From assembly GCA_023213395.1 (NCBI GenBank), contig CM041465.1:75461741-75525740 (forward strand): a stretch of DNA of 64,000 nucleotides, given 5' to 3'. This DNA comes from Cycas panzhihuaensis. Lineage: Eukaryota > Plantae > Cycadophyta. Positions 1-11,232 of this stretch are shown here, one piece after another. Every line of letters starts with the position of its first letter. The stretch's first letter is position 1. A program made the position numbers and the translations under genes. Under the pieces are notes generated by a model, which did not search any database, was not told the origin of the DNA, and was given only the letters and a program-made list of their open reading frames with translations.

Positions 1-462
1 GTCAACCCACCACTCAATGTAGTCAAGGGAATCTTCAGAAGAGTCAGAAGGCGACCTCTTATGATAGGTGACAAGAGGTTCCCTCACCTCATCACTCACA
101 GGAGGAGATAAAGTGGAAGATAAGGTGATATGGGAGGTCGCACGAGAGACAAGAGTAATAACATGTGACCTAAGAGGAGGATTAGGCTCCTCGATGGAAG
201 AGGTTTCACATAAGGACCTAAAATGAAGAGAGCACCTCCTACTCATGTTTAGGAGGGATATGGGATGAGGGAGGTCCTCATCCTCACCGTTAGACTCGTC
301 ATTGCTAAGCACGATGAGGTACCTATAACTCCTTACACCAATATAGGCGAAACGTATAAGGCTCAAGGAAGAAGGGGAAGGGCCTTCTTCTGAACAAGGC
401 GAACCAAGAATGCCGATAGAACAAGCAGAAGCATGGGAAGATGGGCCCTTATTGACCTTTGC

Positions 463-3400
463 CTAATCACAAACTACCTGATAGAATTGACGGGGTTGTT
501 TGGTGGGAGGAGGCTCCTGAGGGACAACCCTCATTCGCCCTTCATGGATGAATTTAAGTTGTCCCCAACAGGACAAGTATACGGGTCCCATTTGGTCAAT
601 CCATGGGCATCCCAACAAGAGGTTATAGTCCACGTCTACATCGAGGACTACGATGTCAATGATGACAATTTTGTCCTTGAGAGTGAGGGGAATAGAAATT
701 GATCCCAAGAGTGTCTTTTCATTACCATCGTAGCCTTGACAATGCCATGGGACTAGTTCGATGGCCAATATGCCAAGGTCTTACATGATACGCAAGGGCA
801 TAGCATTGACGGAAGAACCATTGTTTACAATGGTTCTTCGAAGGGTGCATTTAAGTGTGTCTATGGTTATGGTGAAGAGGTAGTGTCATTGGCATACCCT
901 TTCACCAGCTGGAGGGAGATCTTTAGGATCAAATGAGATGACGAGCTCACAACTTGGGGTAACACCTAAGGCATGAACAGATACATCAACTAAACATAAA
1001 GTCTCTAAGAGAAAAGCACGTTGTTCAGGATAGCTTCTGATGATGTCCATCATGGACATCCCCATAGCCACGGTGTGAAGCTCATCAACAATGGAGAAGG
1101 GATTCCCCTTCACGATAGGTTGGGGAAGTGCCCTTCGAAAATCGCAATGACCAGGGCATACGGGAATGGCCTTGGAAAGTAGAGGGATCTCTGGAGGGGG
1201 GTCGAGATGAGGAGCAGAAGAAGAAACATCTGTTGCTTCTTTAGTTTCTTGGGATCGGTTCAAGGCATATAAGGGTGTGGTCTCAAGCATTTGAATGACT
1301 CTCTTTCATTTCTTTTAGGATCAAGAGGGGGAAGGTGTTTGGTGGTAATTGGGGGAACTGAAAGAAGAGGAGGAGTTCCTCACACCCTTCCCTTTAGCTT
1401 GCACAAGGTGAGGGTTGGGAGATCTTCCTCTATTTCGGTTGCCTCTTTGTTGGGTGTTGCGATCATATTCCCCGTATTTAGAGAAAGGATCTTTGTAGAC
1501 GGGTTGGTCTAGATTGGGTCTAGACACCCATTTAGGTGAAGAGTCACGTTGTAAGGCGACCTTAGGGTGATGGGCCCTACATTGCGAGTCTTCGTGAAAG
1601 TATTCCCAATGAACAGAACACCACTTCTTCTCTAAGGAAGAATCCATCTTCCTTGCTTGAGAAGGTTAGGTATTACTCCCCTTGGGAGGTGTAGCCTGAG
1701 AAGCTTGATAAACAGGTTTGTGGGAAGTGGGCGACGAAGAGACTTGGAGTTTAAGCTCCTTCATCGTACGTTCAAAAGAATGTATAGCAAAGGTTAAGCG
1801 GTCTAAGGTCTTCTATGTCGAATGAGATGAAGACCTAGGAGGTTGTTGGATTTTGGTATCACGAGGTGGAGGAGGTACCTCACATCATTGTGAGGACCTA
1901 AGAGGCTTCTCGAGACCCGCTTAGATCTCAATGGTCTCAAGAGTTAAGCACTTGGCTACGACAGAGTTGCATGTTATCGTCTCCATCTTGAGGACTTCAA
2001 CATGGACTTCAAGGAGAAGGGTATTGACAAAAAGATCTCTCTTTAACTCCTTAGGCAAGGTTGCATTCATGGAGTGGAGAAGATCATGGAAGCGTCTCAT
2101 AAAGTCACGATTCATCTCATCGTGACCTTGTTTAAGAGACAAGAGAGCCTTCATTCTACTCTTAAAGGGATGAGCTGCGTCAAAATAATTAACAAATTTG
2201 TCAACGAGTTGCTAGAATGAGTGGATAGAGTGTGCGGGAAGGCGATAGAACCATTTGAGAACATCACCTTAGAGAGAGTATGGAAAACGTTTTATTAGGA
2301 TATGATCATATGCCCAATAATCGATGCATGCCATGGAAAAACTTCTAACATGCTCTATTGGGTCTTGTGAAGAGGTCCCATCGAATTTGGGCACCTTGGG
2401 AAGGTAAGGTGGTAAGTTAGTTCTTAGCATCTCAATGGACAAAGAAGTTGATCTATAATCAATTAAGGGGCACACCTTTGGTTGGACCATAGAATCAACG
2501 AAAGATAGAGGAGGAGGTGGGCAAGGTTGCTTGAATCCTCCTTGGGAGACTTGGTTCAGAAGGGGATATGCACTTCCTCCCATTTGATGGGAGGGAACAA
2601 ATCACGTATTCGAAGGGATCAGAAGAGGAGTGGATGGATACGAGGGACCCATCCCTCCTTGAAGATATACCCCTTGTTGAAAGGGGGCTTGAGAGGGGGG
2701 CCCTTAGGAGGGGGCCTGCCCTCCTTGCGAAAGCCCCACATAAGAAGGAACATAAGAAGATGGAATTGAGGGGTGTAGAATCAAATTTTACCCATATGGG
2801 CTGCCTGTAGGTGGTGTGATTCCATACGAATGCAAAGTATCCACTCCATAGACAAGATGGGGATTCCCTTTACCGTGCCCCCATGGTTGGGAAGTATACC
2901 TCAGGGGCACATAAAGGGAAGGATCCCTAGGTTGAGCTTGGGTATGCATGGGGATTAGTTCCACATGGCTAGAAGTAAGGGCATACGCGGGTCCCCTAGA
3001 TCTAATGGGAGGGGGATAGATTATAGTTTATTGGGGCATAGTTATTTGGCTAGAGGGAGGCATACTCAAGCCAAGTTAGGAAGAAGGTATACCTTAGGCA
3101 GTTCCTAAGGAACATGGACCACAAGGAGAAGAAGACGCAATGAGGGATGCCCTCATTTTGGATAAAGGAGTTGAATGGGATGGATATAGTGGCACGCATA
3201 TGGAGGAAGGAAGCATTATGCATCGCAAGATATTATCCAACCACTTAGGACATGATTGGAGACTAGCTTCTTAAAAGCACTAGTTAAGCACTTCCACCAC
3301 ATCCACAGGAGAGGTATCCACCAGATCACACAAGGTTGATGGATCCTCATATGAGGTGGACCCTACAACGCAGTTCTCATGAGGATCACCACCAAGGTAA

Positions 3401-3636
3401 TGATACTCCAATACAGAAGATGCTTCCACCTCATGAGTAGAGAGGTGGACTTGCAAGTGCTCTTGGTTACCCAAGTAGAAGATAGGGTCCTTACCCTCTT
3501 GGGTGGGCCCTTGGAAAGAATTGGATCTTTCATGGGATTCAGAGACATAGGCGTGATATGCCCAATTTGAAGGAAATCTTTCCATAGTCGATTCAAAATC
3601 TAACGATGGAAGGGTATAGTAAGAGGAGTATTCCAA
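463..3636 (-). pseudogene. gag-pro: Gypsy gag-protease, fragmented by stops and frameshifts
   Basis: PKVPKFDGTSSQDPIEHVRSF...LIKRFPYSL (2269-2583) and LLSLKQGHDEMNRDFMRRF (1921-2154) are retrotransposon gag motifs. RTIVNNGSSVNAM (~800-840; catalytic D replaced by N) and QGYDG...GSISIPLTL...YNLLLGCPWI (463-768) are aspartic protease motifs. Confidence 0.85.
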
Positions 3637-3820
3637 TGAAGGAGGAAGGCCTCATAAACAATGAGAGAATCATTGCATACAAGTTTCTCCTAAAGATTAG
3701 AAGAAAAATGAGATGGTAAGATGACAAGTGTTGGGGGTTGCCCAACAAATTGAGGAGAACTACTGAAAGGGAGGTAGCACTAACAGATCAGGGGTAAATG
3801 ATAGATCCCCTTACTGGCGG

Positions 3821-3839
3821 GTCCCTAGTATGGTCGTCA
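3821..3839 (-). promoter_or_regulatory. Primer binding site, degenerate tRNA-Arg-like
   Basis: The minus strand reads TGACGACCATACTAGGGAC one base after the LTR-terminal CA. This resembles the TGGCGACxxxxCTGGGGA PBS of Tat/Ogre-type elements. Confidence 0.6.
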
Positions 3840-6089
3840 ATGGAATTGCACCCAAAACTTGAACATAAAAAAAATGGAAAGGAAAAAGGAATAGAGTGCC
3901 TTTACTTGGAGTTTTAAAGCATCACAATCGTAACAAACAAGAAGAGGAAGTGTACCTGTAACAAAGGCTTCCCTTCGCTCCAAAGCACAAGAAACCTATA
4001 CAACACAAGTTTGCCCTTTCCCAAGGGACGTTGAATATGTGTGGGAGCAAGTATATGCAAGGAGATGTATATATATATATATGTATATACTCCTTTTTTA
4101 GGGAAAATGAGCAAAAGAAAATATACTTAATAAATATCTACCAAGTAACAAATGTGCAATGTTAGTATTGTTTACACTTTGTATGCAAAACCAACAAGTA
4201 ATATGGGAAAGAGGGGGTAAACTAGGAAGAAACCAGATAGCCTCAGAATGGTTATCCCTCCTAAATAAATGCTCCACACATTCCCCAAGCACCCAAGCTA
4301 ATAGCTAAGAGGACCAAGACTACTCAATAATAGGTGCAAGATAGGTTTTTGCAAAAAAATAAAATGGTAACAAGAAAGCTGTAAAAATCGCAAATTTCGC
4401 AAAAGTTAGAAGTGCAACTTTTCTAAGTTTATGCAAGAGAAAGCCCTAAAGCTGAAAAGGTATGAAGCAGGGTTGAAAACTAGGCTATATATGATCTTTA
4501 GCAGCTAGTTGTAGGCATAGAAAAGGGCTACCTACGCTACAATCAGCAGAAGTTTCCACCCCAACAGTTTCTTGGGTAAACAAGGAAAGTATGGAGGAGC
4601 AAAAGGAAGGAGAGAAGGGGGCTACCCTTGAGGAGAAGGCATGTGGGTGTGGAACCCTGCCTAAAACTCCTTTCACTCTCTCATGAACCTCTTTTCCTAC
4701 TACCCCCTTGAGAAGACCTAAAAAGAACTTGGGGGAGGAAGTATGCAAGTAAGCAAGAAGGAGGGATTGCCTCCCAATACAATAGGAAAAAAGAAAAAAA
4801 GACTTCCCACATGAAGAGACTAGTAGAAGAATATCTATGCTATAGAAGGTACAAGAGAAAATAGATCTGAAAGCACCTGGTAAGGGTAGATTTGTGGCAG
4901 ATCTACCAGGCAAACTGTATGAGAAGGAGAGCTCCCTTAGAGGGTTCCTGGAAAACCCCTATAGTACAATGGAAAAGGAGTAAAACTTGTGAGAAAGGTG
5001 AAGCTTGGAGCTTGGTGGGATGCTTGGAGCATGACTCTGCCTTAGCCAGCCCTACTACAGACCTGCAAACTGCATTTCCTATGCTATAGGAGCTGGTAAC
5101 TGAAAGGTGAAGCAGGTACAACATAGTTGAAACCTGTTTCAGAGCTTGTGAAGAAGAGAGTAGAGAAAAATGAGTAAGAAGAAGGAGAAATTGTTAGAAT
5201 ATTAATGTACATTTGATTTATCCCACATGCAAGTGGGTCTTACTCTTCCATCATGTATGAGATGACATTAAGTTATGTTGATGTGAATGTATTTGGCACT
5301 CTATTGATGATTTAAAGTCCATGATGGTGATTGTTTAATGAAAAATTAAGTGTCTCCTTACATGTGTTCATATGAGAGAGCCATTGTGATGATGACATAG
5401 TATGGTGATGAAGCGGTAGTGCATGTGTTTGCATGAATGAGTTGGGTGGCATATGGTGATTTAGTGCTCCTTGGAATGTGATTTATGTAAAGGGACTTTA
5501 TGGGCATGATAAGACTAATTTGAAGGCAAGAAATATAGTGATATGAGGCGATGAGATGCTTGTTGCATGTGAGGTTAACATGACAAGATTGGGCAATTGT
5601 TGGGCATATTTTGAGGATGAGATTAGGGATGTTTGATGATGTGTTCTAGTTGATTGAATGGGCAAAGAAGGATGAGTTTCTTATTGAAGATACTTGAGTT
5701 GCAAGGAAGCAAAATTATTAAATAGTGTAATGGCATGAGTTGTGTGTTTTGGATAATCAAGTGAAGTGTGTGTCTTGGTAGCAATATATGACATGTATGA
5801 TCATTGTGAGATTTATGAGGCATTGATTTGGTGAAGTGAGTGTTTGGATTCTATGTGACTGGTTGGTGATATGTGAAAGGCAATGATGTGAGGATAAAGT
5901 CAATGATGTGAAAGATATGAGATATGAGAGAATTTGGTGAGTATAACTAATGAGCAAGTTACCAATGTTAGGTGAGTTTGTTGATTGAAAAAGGGACACA
6001 TTGTTTAGAGATGGTATTTATAATCATAGAAGAGAATGATGTGGTTATGTATGTTCCTAAAACAAATGAATATTACTTAAAGGATTTAT

Positions 6090-7134
6090 TTCTTCCAATA
6101 CCTAAGTGCAATGGTGAAGACTACTTCTTTTAGACAATTAAAATGAGATGTCTATTCATAGCTAGAGGTTTGTGGGAGATTGTCACTGATGAATATGATA
6201 TCCCTAATGATGAAGAAGAAAAATAAATGCTTGAGAAGAAAGACAGAAAAGCATTCATTATGATTTGTGCTACATTCAATGAGGTTGATCTTCCTTCCAA
6301 ATCCATTTTGTCATTCCTATAATTCTACATGCAAGTAATGCTAAAGAAGCTTAGAATTTTCTAAGGGAAGTATTTAAACAATCTCCTGAAAAGACACAAC
6401 GAATTATTAAAAAGGCAATTAAGGTTAGTTATGGTTATGGTACAAGCACAATAAATGAAGAAAATATCAACAACATTGATGAAACGACATGTCAAGATGA
6501 AGAATGTATGACTACTAATAAAATTTCTACTTAATGTAAGGAAATGATGGTTGAGTGCATTGATGAGACTACAACTACTAATAAAGACATTGAAAGTGAT
6601 GAGTTGATAAAGGTTTATATAAATGACACCATTATTTCAAGAGATATTGAATATGAATCAGATGATCCCATAAAAGATAAGTTTTGTATTGATTCAAGTC
6701 TAAATGATGCTCCTACTTTAAGCATTGATTCAAAAAGTATGCAAGTTGATCAAGATTTTGCTCCAAAGGTTGAAGAAATCACTATTGTACATGGTGATCA
6801 AGAACTTATACAAGATAATGATGACAAGCAAGTTGTGATTAAAGATGGTTGTTTACAGGATCTACATCAAAATCATACTAGACCAGGCACAATGAAGAAT
6901 CATGATTTGTACTTGCTAGAGTTGCTACATCAACATCATCACTACAAGATTGAAGATAGAAATCAAACTATGGATATCATCTTACAAAGGTATGAGTACA
7001 GAATCAGAAACAAAAATCAAAATAAAGACATTATTCTACAGCATGTACATCACTATAAGATTGAAGACAAGGATCAAGTTGAAGACATCATTCTCAAGAT
7101 ATTTCCAAGGACAAAGCGTTGCAAATACAAGTGA
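6090..7134 (+). pseudogene. gag: Copia gag N-terminus followed by an acidic, repeat-containing tail
   Basis: PIPKCNGEDYFF*TIKMRCLFIARGLWEIV...KKDRKAF is a copia gag N-terminal (DUF4219/UBN2-like) motif. The 196-aa open frame 6544-7134 ends just before the PPT. Confidence 0.75.
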
Positions 7135-7157
7135 CCCAAATATACATTAAGGGGGAG

Positions 7158-7377
7158 TGTTAGAATATTAATGTATATTTGATTTATCCCACATGTAAGT
7201 GGGTCTTACTCTTCCATCATGACTTGTATTATAAATACACAATATTGTGTATCATATTAAAATGTTATAAGGATGTTTTGTTAATACAATGGAGGTACCT
7301 TAAGGGTATCATTCGATCCTGTGGAGGTGTGTTTTGTTCTATTTGAGAATATTATTTGTGCAGGTTGATTTCCAACA
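7158..7377 (+). repeat. 3' LTR (220 bp) of the gag-only copia element
   Basis: TG...CA, follows the PPT, TATAAAT at ~7229. The first ~64 bp match 5192-5255. Confidence 0.9.
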
Positions 7378-8374
7378 GAAATGAGGTGAATTTTGGGTTT
7401 TTAAACCCAACCCTAGCTCAACGAGTGATTAAGGTTCGCTCTAGGTAGGACTCAACTCACTGCCACATGGAAATTTCACAATTAATACAAAATTAGTCAT
7501 GGCCAGTTTAAAAAAGAGTTATGAATAGTTGCACCATGGCAAACTTTGTGGTACCACAAAGTTTACAGTAGTACCGCGGGGTTTGCAGTAGTACTACAGG
7601 GTTTATAGCGGTGCAACTAAAATTAAGACAAAAAGAAAGAGGGAACCCAGAGGCTCCCAAAAAGGGAGAAATCCTAGACCCTAAGGGAGCATGTTGTAGT
7701 ACCAAGGTGGCAAGGAAGGGTCATAGAACCTAAAGGGACCACGACAGGTGGCAAACGATGATCAAGAACTCTAAAAAGAGACAAATGACACCAACAGGGC
7801 GATAACTAGGCCTAGGCGAGGTGCTAAGGGTTATGTCATGCCAATAAATGATGTGTAATGGGCTGTGGGAGCCAGAAGTGCTTGGGGATATTGTGGAGAC
7901 CCGGCAGAAGGTTGTGGAGTGCCATGGCATGTGTATCCCTAGTCGTCATAGCCTAAAAGTGTTAAAATGTAATATGAATAAGTAAGCAATGCAGAGTAAT
8001 TGTGTAGTCAATCAATCAGGATGCGATGTCTGTGATGAGCCTCAATCAACCATCTCTGAAGCTAACGAAAGGGAAGCTAGAAGCATACCTGAACTTACCT
8101 AAGTTGAGTCGCCTATGTCCATTCCGAGTAGCCTGGAAATAATCTCCAATAACATGTACATGGAATATGCGGTCTTTGGGCACTCGCAAGCTAACAAAAT
8201 CCTCTAGTATCTCATATTCCATCACTAATTGGATGGAACAATTGGCTCTAGCTAATCCATGTCGATGAAGAAGTTGCCAATCAGCAGTAGATAATATTCC
8301 TATGAATGGCTCTATGGTCCATCCCTCGTTCTCCCATGTATCAATCCTCTCAAGGGGCTACGTCACAATAAAGA

Positions 8375-8660
8375 AAATTAAATTTAGTCTTATCTATCAA
8401 CATTTTGTAAATTAAAAAATGTTTTTCTTTAACTTCTTCAAATTCTAATTAAAATATAATAAACTAGATAAAAACATGATAAGCCAATTAAAAACATAAT
8501 AAACCAGATGAAAATTATGTGAACAAGTTAAAAATGTGATTTCTCAAAATTTTGATTTTAGAAATCATGTTTTTGATATATTTGTCATGTTTTTTAACTT
8601 ATTTTTATGTTTCTCACTATAAATATCATATTTTTGACAGATAAATAAATAATTTTGTCA
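8375..8660. repeat. Degenerate AT-rich foldback (MITE-like)
   Basis: TTATCTATCAA (~8389) vs TTGACAGATAA (~8634). Central arms AAAAATGTGATTTCT / AGAAATCATGTTTTT. About 20-bp AAAACATGAT-type subrepeats are mirrored on both sides. Confidence 0.45.
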
Positions 8661-9987
8661 GCTTACCATATATTAAACACCACGCTGCATCTATGCTTAC
8701 TAATTCGATGAAACTCGTGGAATATTGGCATTTCTCTCTAAGTACATCAAATCTCAATTCAATCACAAAAATATCTCCTGAATTTCAACTCTTGCATAAA
8801 AACATGAAGTTAGATAGGAATCCTTTTTACTATAAAAAGTTCTTCTTGTCTAAAGAGATTTCGTTTCTCAAATTGCTTCTTTCAAATAGTATTTTTCAAA
8901 TATCATGGTTTCTAGGTTTCAATTTTCCTTAAGTCTCTCACACTTTGACACACCTTCCTATTCAACATTTTATTCAACATTAGTAACGCAATTCAAGTTG
9001 AGGTGATCGAGAAATTTCACTCAGAGGTAGATTGTTTGAATCATATACTTGTTTATACTCTATAGGATCAATTTTTCATCCTCATTTTAAATTTGCCCTC
9101 CTTTTGACCTTTGAGTCTCCCTAAAAAATCTCCAAGAAACTTTACTACTAAAGAGCTTAAACTATGGTATTATTCCCATCCTATGAAATGGGTAATCCAC
9201 TCCATAATGAAGGTAAATTAGTGCTCCAAAAAGTCACCTACTAAAGAGCTTAAACTATGCTAGTCCCCATCACATACTTGCGATCAGTGCTTTCCTCTAA
9301 AATCTTGTAATTCTGCCTAATCAAGGGATATAAAAATGGTCACTAACAAGAGAAAACTATGGTGACCATCTCCTCTAAAGCACTGGTAATGAGGTTAAAC
9401 TATGTCAACCTCTCTTTTATCAAAACCCCATCAAATTAATGGGAAATCAAGTCTCACACCCAAATTTAGTTGTTGTTTCAAAATGGCTTTTCCTAGCCAC
9501 CACATCATACATTGTTTTCTCATCCAAAACTAACTTTCATCCTAACATCAAATGTGAACTCAATTCTAATTCCAGATCGCCACCATTCACCATCTCGCTT
9601 CCTATTACAAGTAAGAACTTCTAATGACAAAGTGGTAAATGTTTCACCATCATTGGGCCTCTTGACATGATTAGGCCCATATTCAGACTGCCTACCTTAA
9701 GCCAATTCATGCTTATCTTCTTTATATGTGTATGGACATTTCATTGATAGTGTGAATGATGAAGGGTTTGCTTTTGATTGATTGCCTCATGGTTTGACTA
9801 TAGATTTAGGTATATTTGATCTTTTATTATGTGTTTTTAAGTTGTATAATGGCTAGATGATTCATTATGTATGATGATGACTATATCCTTACTGATGACT
9901 AATACTATGATGCATTCTATACCTTTTGCTCAGCATAGAGCCTACCTTACTCCAAGTCCTTCTTTCTTTATTTGATTTTTTGTTTAT

Positions 9988-10897
9988 TGTCATCCTGGTA
10001 TCTGATTGATTTTAATCCCCCTTTAACCTCTTTTTTACATCAAGTTGTAATGATTTTGGCCTTATCAATTTGTTTTTTAATCTAGTATCCTTCAACAACT
10101 TGATTTTCTTTTTTAAATATTCATTTTCTATGTTTTTTGCCACTTTTTATTTATTACACTTTTGATGGACTCAAAAACACAACTTTCTTAATAAAACATG
10201 ATGATTGTGTTTTATTAAGAAAATTGTGTTTTTTCCTATTATACATGCATAAAATGGCAAAAAATACTAATTTACATATTTCCTTCAACGCTAACCACCC
10301 AAAATCAAGGCATGGTATCGCCTAACCTACCCCAACTATCTCACAATCATGTAAACCTTATCCATATAGAGAATTTCTCAGTAGAAATTAATTAATCCAT
10401 AGCCAAAAATTATGATTTTCCACCTACATCCTCCCTTAGTCTATAAATCCTAGTGATTTTTCAAAGTTAATGGAGAGTTTTTGGAGAATCTTAAAAGAGC
10501 TTTCCAAGTACTATTATGCTTTCTAGTATTCATTTTGTTGTTTGAAACTTGATTGGAGACCCATCTTCATGAGAACCTATTGATCCTATTGGGAGGAATA
10601 GAGGGCTACATCTACCATAATTCCTATTTAGTTCATAGGCCTAAGTTCTCACTCATATGTTGCGATTAGTCTTCTTCAGTTCTTGCTAGTCTTTTAAGTC
10701 CATCATGCTCTCCCTCAACATCCTTTGTCATCAATCAAGTCATCCTTATGGCTTTTTGGACTTGGTGGTAATATGTTAAACAAAAGTAAGGCACCATTTT
10801 GAGGCATATTCTACATTTTTGCTCAGATTGAAGGTAACTCTATTTGGATTACTTGATGCTTTCTTAAGTTAATGTATGGTTTTATTCAAGTTCATCT

Positions 10898-10958
<61 letters not shown>

Positions 10959-11232
10959 TTTCATTTTCATTGATATCTAGTGGTTTTGTTGATCTCTTGG
11001 ACTGATAAAACCTAGGAATCAAATTAGCTTTGATTCTTAAGTGTGTATCACATTAGTAAAGTTGTCTAGCAGCTATTTTCAAGTATTGAACTGGTTCTAA
11101 TTCTTGATCATAGTCCTTCCTTAAAGAAACTGCATCGCTCTTTTTTATTTTATCTCACAAATCACAATAGGTTTGACCCTACCAAGCGTTGGAATAACAT
11201 ATCCTAAACTTTTGAGAGGAGGTGGGATGACA
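9988..11232. repeat. Possible solo LTR (gypsy-like)
   Basis: 8-bp terminal inverted repeat TGTCATCC...GGATGACA and an internal CTATAAAT at ~10441, but the flanks (TTTAT / AATAA) are not a TSD. Confidence 0.3.
10898..10956. repeat. Compound (TA)n(GA)n microsatellite
   Basis: Read directly from the sequence. Confidence 0.97.

Larger units (their letters stand above)
5192..7377 (+). mobile_element. Non-autonomous copia-derived element with gag only (TR-GAG-like), 2.2 kb
   Basis: Perfect TSD GAAAT (5187-5191, 7378-7382). TGTTAGAATATTAATG starts at both 5192 and 7158. PPT AAGGGGGAG at 7149-7157, terminal CCAACA. No pol. Confidence 0.9.
1..8367 (-). mobile_element. Decayed Ty3/gypsy LTR retrotransposon (non-chromovirus, Tat/Ogre/Athila-like), 5' part; continues beyond the left window edge
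   Basis: Minus-strand retrotransposon gag and aspartic protease remnants, a PBS at 3821-3839 next to an LTR end (..TTCCA at 3841), and a likely LTR start TGTGACG at 8367. The 3' end and TSD lie outside the window, so the 8367 boundary is inferred. Confidence 0.75.
3841..8367 (-). repeat. Putative 5' LTR of the gypsy element (~2.3 kb net), interrupted by the 5192-7377 insertion
   Basis: Non-coding, TG...CA termini on the minus strand, abuts the PBS. The GAAAT TSD shows the two halves were contiguous. No second copy is present in the window to confirm the outer end. Confidence 0.55.
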
